A stretch of 64,000 nucleotides of DNA, taken from contig NC_043015.1 of assembly GCF_006345805.1 (NCBI RefSeq), forward strand, positions 28,706,001-28,770,000, in the 5' to 3' direction. This stretch comes from Octopus sinensis. Taxonomy: Eukaryota. Below are positions 21,133 through 33,455 of the stretch, in pieces (position 1 is the stretch's first letter; each line of letters begins with the position of its first letter). Under the pieces are notes generated by a model. The model was not told the origin of the DNA, did no database searches, and worked only from the letters and a program-made list of their open reading frames with translations. The position numbers and the translations under genes were made by a program.

Positions 21133-22615
21133 AAAAAAATTTGTCGGATGGCGTGATATGGTCATGTGGAAGGCCTTGCAGAAAAAGAGGATCTTTTCCT
21201 TTTGAACGGCAGTTTTCAACACAATTTCTGGCTCTCTTGAGAAAATTGTAATTTGTAAGTTTAACGTAGTTTAATTTTTCAGATTTTAACCAATCAATGG
21301 CCTCTACTCAACACTGTTCAGGAATTATTTCACCATGGTTAACAGCAGATACAACCTGCGAGAACCTTCTGTACCAAGTAACCGGCTCTGCATAGTAGCC
21401 ACAGCTTCACGCATGACATGTGCCTCAACTGGCTCTGCATTGCATTCTTCTAACGTCCTATTATAGACTCTTTCAATGCTCTGTACTTATCGCACACGCA
21501 TACATCCACGTTTCTGCACACACATTATGTATACATGACGGCCTGTCTATTATTATATATACATGACACACACACAGACACACATGTTAACCTATCAATA
21601 AAATCTTTCTCTTAAACATTCTACTGGTTGTGTCTCTCTTTTCCTGCTGGCATTCATACTCATTCATCCTTTTTCCTATTTATTGTAATCGACCGTGCGG
21701 CGTACTAAAGGAGACATTCTCGTCACCTCTCCTTCACACGGTCATGTGGTGTGTGCACGATTTGAATATAAAGGCACCTACCTTCTCTTCCTCGTGATGG
21801 AGACCCTTCTGTGGTAGCTAATCCTTCGACACAGCTCCAACCCGAACACTAAAGATAGCAGCTGCTCACCCAGACCCTTCGCCACCATCCTCACACGTCT
21901 TGTCATTTGGACGACCCACGTTGGAAAGGCCCAATTGACTGCTGCCTGCGCACGCCTGACAGCAGCCCCTTCCGGTTGCCCCAGCTTCCGGTCAACGCAC
22001 CCAGCTGCTGACGTCATCCCACAGGTCATTCTACAAACTAAATATTAACCATTGAGTCTAGGTTTACAGGATCCGGTCTAGCTTGGTATTACACTAATTA
22101 GTTCAACATCACCTCCAGGCACATTTAGGCCTTTTTTGAGGATGTCATTTTGTTGCAAGTATTTGACCAGGCTCTCAGCAGGTGGAGTATATCATTGTAC
22201 TTGATACCTTATCTTACCATATATGCAAAAAATGAAAACTAAACCTGCTCCATTCAAATTTGTCTCTGAAATGCAAACATGGTTAAGTTCCAACATCATC
22301 TTATAAATGAAACTTTTAAGATATGTGCCAAATATCAGATAAATATTGGAGAAAAAAATGGTTATATTAATTAATCATATAAATTTTTAATTGTTTTAAA
22401 AACTGTTTAAAACACATTAACTCTGTGTTATGTTAAGAAATATGTTCATGTAAAAGTTAAAATTAGAGTTTGTTCAGAAGAGATTTCAGACTTTGCTTTT
22501 ATAGATGTCTCTAATTACAGTAATGTCTAATAAAATATTTTGAAATGTTTGCAAGAATTTATTCTGTATATTTTCTCTTCATATTCTATATTCTCCAGAT
22601 ACTATCGTATACAAT

Positions 22616-23779
22616 ATGGACTCAGCAAAGAAACAAGACATCAGTAACCTTGCCGCTTCAATTGATTATTTTACAAACAGTCTTTATCAAGCTGTGGCTA
22701 CAGGAATCAATGAAAATGTCTTCATGTCACCATTCAGTGTTGCTACTGTTTTATCAATGGTTTATTTGGGAGCAAGACAAAACTCTTCCAAACAGTTTGA
22801 AAATGTTTTGAAGATAACATCAAATCCAGATTCTGTAGCTTTAGCTTTTAAAGAATATTTTTCACTTTTGAAAAACTCAGATAAACTCGTCACATCCAAT
22901 TTAGTGAATCGTTTGTGTGCCAATGAAAAATTCCCTATTTCAGAAGACTACAAGAACAACATGGTAAAATATTTCTTTTCAGATATTGAAAATGTAGACT
23001 TTATAACAAATGCTGAGAAGACAAGAATAACTATTAATGATTGGGTTAAGAATAACACAAATAACAAAATTACTGATCTGTTACCAAGTGGAAGTTTGAC
23101 ACCTCAATCGGTTCTAGTTCTTATTAATGCTGTATACTTCAAAGGAACGTGGGCTGAAACATTCGGAAAAAAAGCAACATCATCTAGAAAGTTTTATTTA
23201 AGCTCTGACAAGACTGTATCTCATGATTTTATGTATCTATCTGAAGGTTTTAATACAAAAATAAGTGACAACTATAAAGTGGTTGAGTTACCTTATATAG
23301 GGAAAGCATTTAGTATGTTTGTAATTCTTCCCAATGAAATCAATGGTCTTGCTGCTTTAGAGAAGGAGATTAATGCTCAATTTCTCAAAGACATTGTTGA
23401 CAGAAAAGGATTTCAAATGATGTGTCTAAAATTACATATGCCAAAATTTTGTTTAGAGAGTAGTTTTCAGTTGGGTGATGTTTTGAAAAAGCTTGGACTC
23501 TCTGATATTTTTGATCCTCTAAAAGCTGATTTATCTGGAATGACTGGTGCTGAGAAGAATATTTATGCCAGTGAAATGTTTCATAAAGCATTTGTTGATG
23601 TTAATGAAGAAGGAACGGAAGCTGCAGCTGCAACTGGAATAGTCATGACCTTCGCGTCAGCACAAATTTTTATAAATCGTATAGATTTTGATGTCAATCA
23701 TCCATTCACATTTTTAATTGTTGACAACCGAACTAAAATGATCCATTTCATTGGTAAAGTAACAAATCCTTCAACATAA
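22616..23779 (+). CDS. Intracellular serpin, RCL TGIVMTFA-SA, predicted P1 Ala
   Basis: 387-aa intact ORF with all serpin motifs; acceptor AG at 22597-22598. Confidence 0.96.
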   Translation: MDSAKKQDISNLAASIDYFTNSLYQAVATGINENVFMSPFSVATVLSMVYLGARQNSSKQFENVLKITSNPDSVALAFKEYFSLLKNSDKLVTSNLVNRLCANEKFPISEDYKNNMVKYFFSDIENVDFITNAEKTRITINDWVKNNTNNKITDLLPSGSLTPQSVLVLINAVYFKGTWAETFGKKATSSRKFYLSSDKTVSHDFMYLSEGFNTKISDNYKVVELPYIGKAFSMFVILPNEINGLAALEKEINAQFLKDIVDRKGFQMMCLKLHMPKFCLESSFQLGDVLKKLGLSDIFDPLKADLSGMTGAEKNIYASEMFHKAFVDVNEEGTEAAAATGIVMTFASAQIFINRIDFDVNHPFTFLIVDNRTKMIHFIGKVTNPST

Positions 23780-24556
23780 GCTGATATTGCCCTGTCAAAG
23801 ATTTCCCTCTTATGGAATACTACATTGTATTATGTGGAGAATGTAACTGAGCAAATTTATTTAGAATTGTTTTTAGTAAAATGACTGAGGTCATTACAGT
23901 TGTAATCGTGTAGAACCAAGGTCATATCTATTCAATGATATATTATAATACCACATTAATCTAAATCAATATTATGAATTTGTATATGCCATACATTGAC
24001 AGAAAAATTTGACACTTTTTAAAGTATCCTTTCTTAGCAAGTTTACTATTTTAACAATATATCTACTGTTGCCTGTAAACGTTATTTTCTGGTTGAATAA
24101 AGTGAAATCAATATTTGTATGTTTCATATTAATAAAGTATCTCAGTAAATATTCCATTATTATGTATGTGTTGATTGCATCTGGCTTTTATATTCTTTGT
24201 TTTAAATTTAGACATTCGAAATTTTTGAGCGCCCGTGTTCACCCTTTGTAATTATGTCTTGGATCTTGATAAACTAATTACATTGTTTCAATAATTGCGG
24301 CATTACAAAACTTTTGGAAAGTTAACAGCCAATGTACCATATACATATATATTCTCAAGGTAGCAAAGAGAATATATACCGTCTATTCTAGAATGTTCTA
24401 TCTATAAGTAGAACAAGAATCAGTGAAGAAATTCCCATATACTTTTCTATTTTTGTTGCTGTTACTGAAATTCCAGTGATGGGGCTTCATTTAATATTTA
24501 CAAACCAACATTTTCATTTTTAAAAAATATTTGAAAATATTAAGCAAGATGCAAAC

Positions 24557-24590
<34 letters not shown>

Positions 24591-25486
24591 TGTTTAGCGT
24601 CCGCTTTCCGTGCTAGCATGGGTTGGACGGTTCAAACTGGGGTCTGGGAAGCCAGAAGGCTGCACCAGGCCCAGTCTGGTCTGGCAGTATTTCTACGGCT
24701 GGATGCCCTTCCTAACGCCAACCACTCCGTGAGTGTAGTGGGTACTTTTTACGTGCCACCGGCACAGGTGTCAGACAGGACTGGCAAACGGCCACCAGCA
24801 CGAGGGCCAGGCGGGGCTGGCAACAGACTAAAAAATAAATGGTACAAGCCCACCCAGGAGCAGTCAAATTTTCTAGGGTACAGGTGTTGCTGTATAGTTA
24901 AGAAGCCCTTCCTAATGCCAACCACTCTGTGAGTGTAGTGGGTGCTTTTTACGAGGGCAGTCGGGGCGGCGCTGGCAACGGCCACGTTCGGATGGTTCTC
25001 TTACATACCACCGGCACTGGTATCACAGCTGCAATTTCCATTGATGTTCATCGATTTCGATTTTGATTTTCACTTGCCTCAACAGGTCTTCGCAAGCAGA
25101 GTTTTGTGTCCCTAGAAGGAAAGATATGCATAAGTGGACTGGCTACATCCCATGTAGAGGTCACAGCTTATGGTCCCACTTGTCCTGCCAGGTCTTCTCA
25201 TGCACAGCATACTTAAATATATATACATATCCATCTGGATATTATATGTAAAGTAAATACATCAGAAAAGGCAAAACTTCTGTTGTATTCATGCAGAAAT
25301 AATATCACATATGGACATGCTTGTTTAAAAACACAATTTATATCAGGCACATGAAGATTGTCCTAGCAGTGGTTGGTGAGAATGCTAAATGTGTTCATGT
25401 CCTGTTAGACATTGTTTTAATAATGGAAGGCAAGGTTTATGATATTGGAGGAATATCATCTCCTTCCATCATCTTTTTGTTCTTTA

Positions 25487-25846
25487 TGTAGTTCAGGCTT
25501 CCAGCAGGTGAAGAGAAAAGACTTCAATTATAAATGCTATTTACAACTGGTTTATTTACAGGAAAGGTAATGAAGGGTGCTGCTCTCAGCTGCCATCTTA
25601 AGCTCCGATAATGCGGGTGCAAATTGCCTCCAGCCAGTGGTGTGTTCAGCAAGCGCTGGTGTGTAGCGGCGCCAAAGAAGAGAGATTTGAAGAGGGTTTT
25701 CCCTTTATATAGTTTTCTATCACGAGCCTCGTTGTGATCTTACGCATGGCAAATGGATGCAGGTGAGGTCTCGCTCCCGTCTCGGAGATGGCAATGGCTG
25801 CCGTGAGATCTCATCCAATATGGCGCTGACTGCTTGTGCTGCTACA
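25487..25846 (-). mobile_element. Solo-LTR-like segment
   Basis: TGTAG...CTACA termini, 360 bp, minus-strand CTATATAAAG and AATAAA; no TSD found. Confidence 0.35.
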
Positions 25847-25873
25847 TTGTCAATGGCACATACTCATAGCCAA

Positions 25874-26545
25874 GGGAAAGGCAAAGGCACCGATACAGCT
25901 TGGCACCTGTGACGTCGCAACTCATTTCTACAGCTGAGTGAACTGGAGCAACGTGAAATAAAGTGTCTTGCTCAAGAACACAACACGCAGCCCGATCCGG
26001 GATTCGAACTCACAACCTCACGATTGAAAGCTCGACGCCCTAACCACTGAGCCATGCACCTTCTTAAATGAGGCAGAAATGCATCTAGCATACTTACCAC
26101 TTTGCAACTAGAACAATTTTCGTCTGCCTTCGATATATATATTGTATTTTTTAATGCAGCATGTTCTTATGAGATAAAATAATTTGAGATATACACAGCA
26201 GTAAATCAACCTTTTGTGATGTATTTACATTAAGTATGTGAAGGTGCATGGCTCATTGGTTAGAGCGTAGAGCTTACGATCGTGATGTTGTGAGCTCAAA
26301 TCCCGGACCGGGCTGCGTGTTGTGTTCTTGAGCAAGACACTTTATTTCATGTTGCTCCAGTTCACTCAGCTGGAGAAATGAGTTGCGATGTCACAGGTGC
26401 CAAGCTGTATTGGCCCCTTTGCCTTTCCCTTGGATAACATCAGTGGTGTGGAGAGGGGAGGCTGGTATGCATGGGTGACTGCTGGTCTTCCATAAGCAAA
26501 CTTGCCCGGACTTGTGCCTGGGAGAGTAACTTTCTAGGTGCAATC
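25874..26545. mobile_element. Head-to-head pair of tRNA-derived SINEs (family E)
   Basis: 25874-26063 (-) and 26240-26545 (+), with A-box TGGCTCATTGGTTAGAGCG and a B-box; ~190-bp inverted arms. Confidence 0.8.
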
Positions 26546-26651
26546 TCATGGTCTGCATGGCCCCTTGGACAAGTGTCTTCTACTATAGCCCGGGCCAACC
26601 AAAGCCTTGTGAGTGGATTTGGTAGACGGAAACTTAAAGAAGCCTGTCGTA

Positions 26652-26713
<62 letters not shown>

Positions 26714-27043
26714 TGTGTGTTTTTGTGTGTCTGTGTTTGTCCCCCTAGCATTGCTTGACAACCGATGCTGGTGTGTTTATGTCCCCGTCACTTAGCGGTT
26801 CGGCAAAATAGACCGATAGAATAAGTACTGGGCTTACAAAAAGAATAAGTCCCGGGGTCGAGTTGCTCGATTAAAGGCGGTGCTCCAGCATGGCTGCAGT
26901 CAAATGACTGAAACAAGTAAAAGAGTAAAAGAGTAAAGAGAGAGCAACCTCACTGAGGAAACAAAGAAAAAAGGGGGAATTAAGCAGCAAAAGATGGGGT
27001 GAGAAGGAGTAAGAGGTTTTACACCCCAGACCAAATGGCATGT

Positions 27044-28100
27044 TCAGCTGCACTCCACTGACATAACTGCAAAAGCATTGTCACAGAGAATGGCCAACAA
27101 TGCTCGCTACAACAGCCATACCACTTTGCTGGGTTCATTTTTCAGACGGGCCACTGCTTTCCTAATTTAGTGGAAGGAATTAGCAGTGAGGGGCCCAAGA
27201 ACACCGAAGGTCTTGATGGCAATCTGCACAAACAGACAGCAGCCAGTCAGGCTCATGCATTTGTTACACTTCCTCTCTTCTGCGTTATGGGCAGTAACAC
27301 TCATGTTTATGGGCCAGATGCAGCTAGAGAATGTAGCACATCATGTCCCAAATTAGGGATTTGGTTTTCCCCTATGGAAACCAATATACCATACCGTAAA
27401 TCCTCAAGTATAATCTGCACTTTTTACCCAAAAATTTAATGGTCAAAATCCCTAGTGCGTACTTTATACGAGAATAAAAATGAAAAATATTTTCTAAGCA
27501 ATGTCCGAGTCTCTATTTGCCATCCGGCAATGGTTATTCAGACACATTTTGTGATGTTGGGCACGAAAATACCTTAAGCTAAGCCTGAAAGCAATGAAGT
27601 CATAAAAGAATCATCCATAACTTGCAGTAAGCAACATTTATCGAAATAAAAGTATTTAGAACACAGAATAACATGTAATAAAAACAATTTGCAAACATAT
27701 TAACATCCCCATATAACAGTTAAGAACATCACCATTATTGTATTACGCATGTGCAGAAGTGTCTGTTCGACTAGGTGCTGCTGGTTTAATTACGCACGAC
27801 TCAAGTTAGAGAAGGAGTGCGTATTATACACAAGGTTTAGGTTTTTCAGAGGTACAGCCTCCTAAAAATCCCCTGCGTATTATACTCAAGGGCAGACTAT
27901 ACTCGAGGATTTACAGTATTCTGTTGGGGCACCTACCATCACCAGTCAAAACCTACTCTAGCTCCAGCAGTTGTGATGGAACAGTGAAGGCTCCTTCTGA
28001 TTCTATTGTCTATAATGGCATACCAGCAATTTCCAGAGAAACTGGTTAGAGTCAATAACATTGATGCTCAAATGGCCCTAACGATCCATCATTCAAAGAT
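27044..28100 (-). mobile_element. Decayed REL-endonuclease (CRE/R2-like) non-LTR retrotransposon 3' end
   Basis: Frameshifted minus-strand reading ...IRRSL...GDGRCPNR...GKTKSLIWD...AEERKCNK...FVQIAIKTFGVLGP...RALLAILCDNAFAVM, resembling the DGKRPDG...WD...AE..K..KY...F.P.A.ET.G...QRGNA pattern; split by the MITE at 27394. Confidence 0.6.
27394..27916. mobile_element. Tc1/mariner-superfamily (pogo-like) MITE
   Basis: TA-CCGTAAATCCTCAAGTATA ... TATACTCGAGGATTTACAG-TA: TIRs with TA duplication. Confidence 0.8.
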
Positions 28101-28129
28101 AATGAATGTGGTTCTAGTCATCACTACAC

Positions 28130-28171
28130 CCATCACCATCATCATCATTGTCGTTGTCATCGTCATCATCA

Positions 28172-28202
<31 letters not shown>

Positions 28203-28300
28203 CTTCTTCTTCTTCTTCTTCTTCTTCTTCTTCTTCTTCTTCTTCTTCTTCTCTTTCTTCTTCTTTTTTCTTCTTCTTTTTCTTCTTCTTCTTCCTCTGC
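28130..28300. repeat. (CAT)n/(CTT)n trinucleotide microsatellite
   Basis: Long (CTT)n run from ~28173. Confidence 0.95.
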
Positions 28301-29267
28301 TCTTCTTCCATTTTCTATCTTACAGTTATAAAAGGTGGCAATGCCTATGACCCTTTACATGGCTTCCATGACACGGATAGGAGGGAAGGAGAGAGAAAGG
28401 CACCATTCCAACTGAAGATCTCACCCAAATGTTTGCTAAAGAAGTAGCAAACACACTATAAGGTATCTGGTTTATCTGCCTCTCGGTTCATGTTAGGCAA
28501 GAAGTCGAAAATGTTTTTGGCCCACGATAATCCATGGACCCTATGTCACGCATGTGTAAGATTTCATTAAAATTGGTTGGGTGGATCTCAAGTTATAACG
28601 ACATAATAGACACACATCCTGTATTTCATATAAAGATTACTTAGACAAATAGTAGCAAAACCACAGACATATATGGTATGTATTTAGATATACATGTATG
28701 GAATATGTGCTGGCTGTTAACTTTTCAAAAGTTTTGTAAGACCACGATTATTGAATCAATTCTTTAATCAAGATCCAAGACTATATTACCAGAGATTAAC
28801 AAGGGGGCTCAAAAAATTGAAATATCTAAATTTAAAACAAAGCTAATAAAAGCCAGATGCAATTAACACATGCATTAAAATGGAGTATTTACTGAGATGC
28901 TTTATTAATATAAACAGAAACAAAACTTACAGGCATTGATTTCTCTTTATTTAACCAGTAAATAATGTTTACAGGCAACAATAAGTATATTCTTAAAATA
29001 GTAAACTTGCTAAAAAAAGACACTTTAAAAAGTGTCATATTTTTCTGTCAATATATGGCAAGTACAAATTCATAATATTGATTTAGATTAATGTGGTATT
29101 ATAATATATCATTGAATAGATATGACCTTGGTTCTACATAGTTACAATTATAATGTCCTCAGTCATTTTACTAAAAACAATTCTAAATAAATTTGTTCAG
29201 TTACATTCTCCACATAATACAATGTAGTATTCCATAAGAGGGAAATCTTTGACAGGGCAATATCATC

Positions 29268-30422
29268 TTATGTTTTAGGATTTGTTACTTTACCAATGAA
29301 ATGGATCATTTTAGTTCGGTTATCAACAATCAAAAATGTGAATGGGTGATTGACATAAAATTCCATCCCAATTTGTACTGACATTGCCATCGCGACCATT
29401 CCACTTGCAGCAGCAGCTTCCGTTCCTTCTTCATTAACATTAACAAATGCTTTATGAAACATTTCACTGGCATAAATATTCTTCTCACCACCAGTCATTC
29501 CAGATAAATCAGCTTTTTGAGGATCAAAAATATCAGAGAGTCCAAGCTTTTTCAAAACTTCACCCAACTGAAAACAACTCTCTAAACGAAATTTTGGCAT
29601 ATGTAATTCTAGATACATCATTTCAAATCCTTTTCTGTTTATAATATCTTTGAGAAATTGAGCATTAATCTCCTTCTCTAAAGCAGCAAGACCATTGATT
29701 TCATTGGGAAGAATTACAAACATACTAAATGCTTTTCCAATATAAGGTAACTCAACGACTTTATAGTTGTCGCTTATTTTGGTATTAAAATCTTCAGATT
29801 TATACATAAAATCATGAGTTACAGTCTTGTCAGAGCTTAAATAAAACTTTCTAGATTTTGTTGCATGTTCTGGGAATTTTTTAGCCCACGTTCCTTTAAA
29901 GTACACAGCATTAATAAGAACTAGAATTGATTGAGGTGTCAAACTTCCACTTGGTAACAGATCAGTAATTTTGTTATTTGTGTTATTCTTAACCCAATCA
30001 TTAATAGTTCTTCTTGTCTTCTCAGCATTTATTATGAAGTCTACATTTTCAATATCTGAAAAGAAATATTTTACCATGTTGTTCTTGTAGTCTTCAGAAA
30101 AAGGGAATATTTCACTGGCATACAAACGATTCACTGAATTGAATGTGACAAGTTTATCTGAGTTTTTCAAAAGTGAAAAATATTCTTTAAAAGCCAAAGC
30201 TACAGAATCTGGATTTGATGTTATCTTCAAAACATTTTCAAACTGTTTGGCAGAGTTTTGTCTTGCTCCCAAATAAACCATTGATAAAACTGTAGCAACA
30301 CTTAATGGTGACATGAAGACATTTTCATTGATTCTTGTAGCCACAGCTTGATAAAGACTGTTTGCAAAATAATCAATTGAAGCAGCAAGGTTACTGATGG
30401 CTTGTTTCTTTGCTGAGTCCAT
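29268..30422 (-). CDS. Intracellular serpin, RCL SGMVAMAM-SV, predicted P1 Met
   Basis: 384-aa intact ORF on the minus strand with all serpin motifs; acceptor TTCTCCAG just upstream of ATG; conserved 3' flank at 28680-29267. Confidence 0.96.
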   Translation of the reverse strand: MDSAKKQAISNLAASIDYFANSLYQAVATRINENVFMSPLSVATVLSMVYLGARQNSAKQFENVLKITSNPDSVALAFKEYFSLLKNSDKLVTFNSVNRLYASEIFPFSEDYKNNMVKYFFSDIENVDFIINAEKTRRTINDWVKNNTNNKITDLLPSGSLTPQSILVLINAVYFKGTWAKKFPEHATKSRKFYLSSDKTVTHDFMYKSEDFNTKISDNYKVVELPYIGKAFSMFVILPNEINGLAALEKEINAQFLKDIINRKGFEMMYLELHMPKFRLESCFQLGEVLKKLGLSDIFDPQKADLSGMTGGEKNIYASEMFHKAFVNVNEEGTEAAAASGMVAMAMSVQIGMEFYVNHPFTFLIVDNRTKMIHFIGKVTNPKT

Positions 30423-30573
30423 AGTCGTATCTGGAGAATATAAAATATGAAGAGAAAAAGTGTAAAATAATTTCCTGTATACATTTTCTGTTTAACATTT
30501 CGAAATGTATTAGACATTAACGGAATAGAAGACATCAATGAAAGCAAGGTCTGAAACCTCCTATGTTCAAACT

Positions 30574-30986
30574 CTTTCACTCTTTACTCTTTTTACTTGT
30601 TTCAATCATTTGACTGCGGTCATGCTGGAGCACCGCCTTTAATCGAGCAACTCGATCCCGGGATTTATTCTTTTGTAAGCCCAGTACTTATTCTATCGGT
30701 CTCTTTTGCCGAACCGCTAAGTAACGGGGACATAAACACACCAGCATCGGTTGTCAAGCAATGCTAGGGGGACAAACACAGACACACAAACACATACACA
30801 CATATATATATATACGACAGGCTTCTTTCAGTTTCCGTCTACCAAATCCACTCACAAGGCTTTGGTCGGCCCGAGGCTATAGTAGAAGACACATGCCCAA
30901 GGTGCCACGCAGTGGGACTGAACCCGGAACCCGGAACCATGTAGTCGGTAAACAAGCTACTTACCACACAGCCACTCCTGCGCCTA
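30574..30986 (-). mobile_element. SINE family A in upstream (intron-homologous) region of minus-strand serpin
   Basis: Full copy; serpin upstream homology resumes after 30990. Confidence 0.85.
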
Positions 30987-31538
30987 TGTGAATTTAACTT
31001 TTGCATGGACATCTTTCACATGCAATACACTCTCCGTATATTTGAAACAGTTTTTGAAATATTTGCGTATTTGACAGGATTAAGTAATATAACTAATTTT
31101 ATTATTATTGAGTGAGAAAGCAGTGCATGCCATCAAAGTGACACTGGGGTAAAATATACGAAGCCCAGCATACCCATCATGACTACCCGTCTGATAAGGG
31201 TACACCAGGCACATGCATCACAACCATATGTGCACGACATGGTGATCTCATATCAAGATAAACAGCACATGACCTTGCAGGTGGGGCCTAGTTAGAATTT
31301 TCTTCAGGTCGAGTAGCCCATTCTGCTCAAAAGGTCCCTGAATAAGGGTTGCTTTAGGATGTTGAACGAAACACCTATGTTTCCAGAGGTGAATTATTCA
31401 AACTCCAAAGAATCCCTCTCAACACATGGCTATGATGCTCCCCACTACTTCTGCTCGTGATCAGAGATGCACGTATCGTCAGCCACTAAGGGACATGCTC
31501 AACTGGTTAAGGTCAAACAACTGACAAGCAAATCTGTG

Positions 31539-31579
<41 letters not shown>

Positions 31580-31669
31580 TATTATTGAGTGAGAGAGCAG
31601 TGCATGCCATCAAAGTGACACTGGGATAAAATATACAAAGCCCAGTATACCCATCATGACTACCCGTCA

Positions 31670-32174
31670 AATCCCATCGTAACTGTTGAGGAACTAGCAG
31701 AGAAGCTTGGATTTGGTAATTCAACCATTCGTTGACACCTGCATGCCATTAGAGAATGACCATCTTTGGTTTCAAGAGGCAAAGAGTTCTTCCATCAGGA
31801 TAATATTCGGCCACATACAGCAAGGATGATATTCCAAAGGCTGGAAGCAGTTTGAATGGGAAACGATGCCCCACCCACCATATTCATCAAGCATTGCTCC
31901 ATCTGATTATCATTTATTCCACAGTCTTCAAAGTCATTTGAATTGAGAAAGTATGAATTCTGTAGATGGGGCCAGAACAGTAATGGAGGCGTATTTTTCA
32001 TCATGGACAAAGTGAATTTTGGAAGCGGGGCCTTGCAAGTCTACCAGATAGATGGAAGAGCATTGTAGAAAATGAAGGAAAGTATATTTTGAATTAAAAA
32101 AAGGACTTTGTTTATCTTAATTTTGAAAAATAAAAGAAGTATTAAAAAAATGCATTATTTATGGGATGACCCAA
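31670..32174 (+). mobile_element. Internally deleted mariner element
   Basis: NPIVTVEELAEKLGFGNSTIR*HL (HTH) fused to HQDNIRPHTA...WETMPHPPYSSSIAPSDYHLF...LPDRWKSIVENEGKY, then TIR ...TTATTTATGGGATGACCCAA-TA. Related end at 56139-56209 (-). Confidence 0.85.
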
Positions 32175-33144
32175 TACACACACACACACACACGTAGATA
32201 CATATATACACACAATGCCATATGTGTACATTTTCAAGTGTGTCTTTATATTTAAGGCGACACCTGAAAATTACAGGAAGCAGCATTTCACAAGAAATAT
32301 AAAGGCAATATACTCTTTCTTGCGAGACATTGAATTTTTTGGCATTCAGGTGAGAAATCTGATAGCCCCAGCTGACACACCTTGAGATAAAAGAAAGAGA
32401 GAGCAGATGAAGGTAGGAGTTGAATGATGCGGAGTAAAAGAAATTGCAGTAGGAAATTTAAATATCAAATTGTGTTTTTGTTTATCCGCTGTAAGAGAGA
32501 AAGAAATATAAAAAGACGGAAGTGTATATACCTGAGGCTGTTTGTTGTGAGACACAAGATAAGGCAATCAAGAATATAAGACAACTGATTACTTCTGCCA
32601 TGTCTGGATCGCTGTTAAAACTGTTAGAATGATAACCATGTAAATGGAAGATAATTTAGTCTTGGTATTACTAATTATATGAAATAAAACTAAATATGAT
32701 CTTCTTTTAATTAAAACCAGAAAGCAGCAATCAAAATTATATACGAAAACAGCTGTTTGTTGCTGCTATCTATTTCTGGAAGAAAAAAACAACCTTTAAG
32801 AACTTGACTAAGAGCTACTTTTAAAGCCAATGTGAAAAAATACAAAATGACCGAATGGACAAACTGTTTCTTCATAAAAATAGGAGAGGCAGTGGCTGTT
32901 ACTGCTGCTTCTGCTGCTGCTGCTGCTGCTGCTGGTGGTGATACTGTTGGTGATGATGACAATGACAACGATGATGATGAAAATGATAAACAGACATTAT
33001 GACAACAATGCTGACAAAAAGAAATGAAGTACTAAGACTAATTTATGGCAAGAAACATTTCGTTGTAATAATTTATTTATAGTCTTAACGAACTAAAGTA
33101 TTTTAGTTGAAAGGAAACATAAGAAGTCTGTGTTTTTATATATC

Positions 33145-33373
33145 TCTTTACTCTTTTCTACTCTTTTACTCTTTTACTTGTTTCAGTCATTTGACTGCGG
33201 CCATGCTGGAGCACCGCCTTTAGTCGAGCAAATCGACCCCCGGGACTTATTCTTTTTTGTAAGCCCAGTACTTATTCTATCGGTCTCTTTTGCTGAACCG
33301 CTAAGTGACGGAGACGTAAACACACCAGCATCGGTTGTCAAGCAATGCTAGGGGGACAAACACAGACACACAA

Positions 33374-33455
<82 letters not shown>

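Larger units (their letters stand above)
17593..25224 (+). repeat. Tandem segmental duplication unit 2 (~7.63 kb)
   Basis: Ends with TGCACAGCATACTTAAATATATA, as unit 1 does at 17572-17592. Confidence 0.95.

Noticed and set aside
28006-28447. Poly-F, poly-E and poly-S ORFs
   Set aside because: Translations of the (CTT)n microsatellite.
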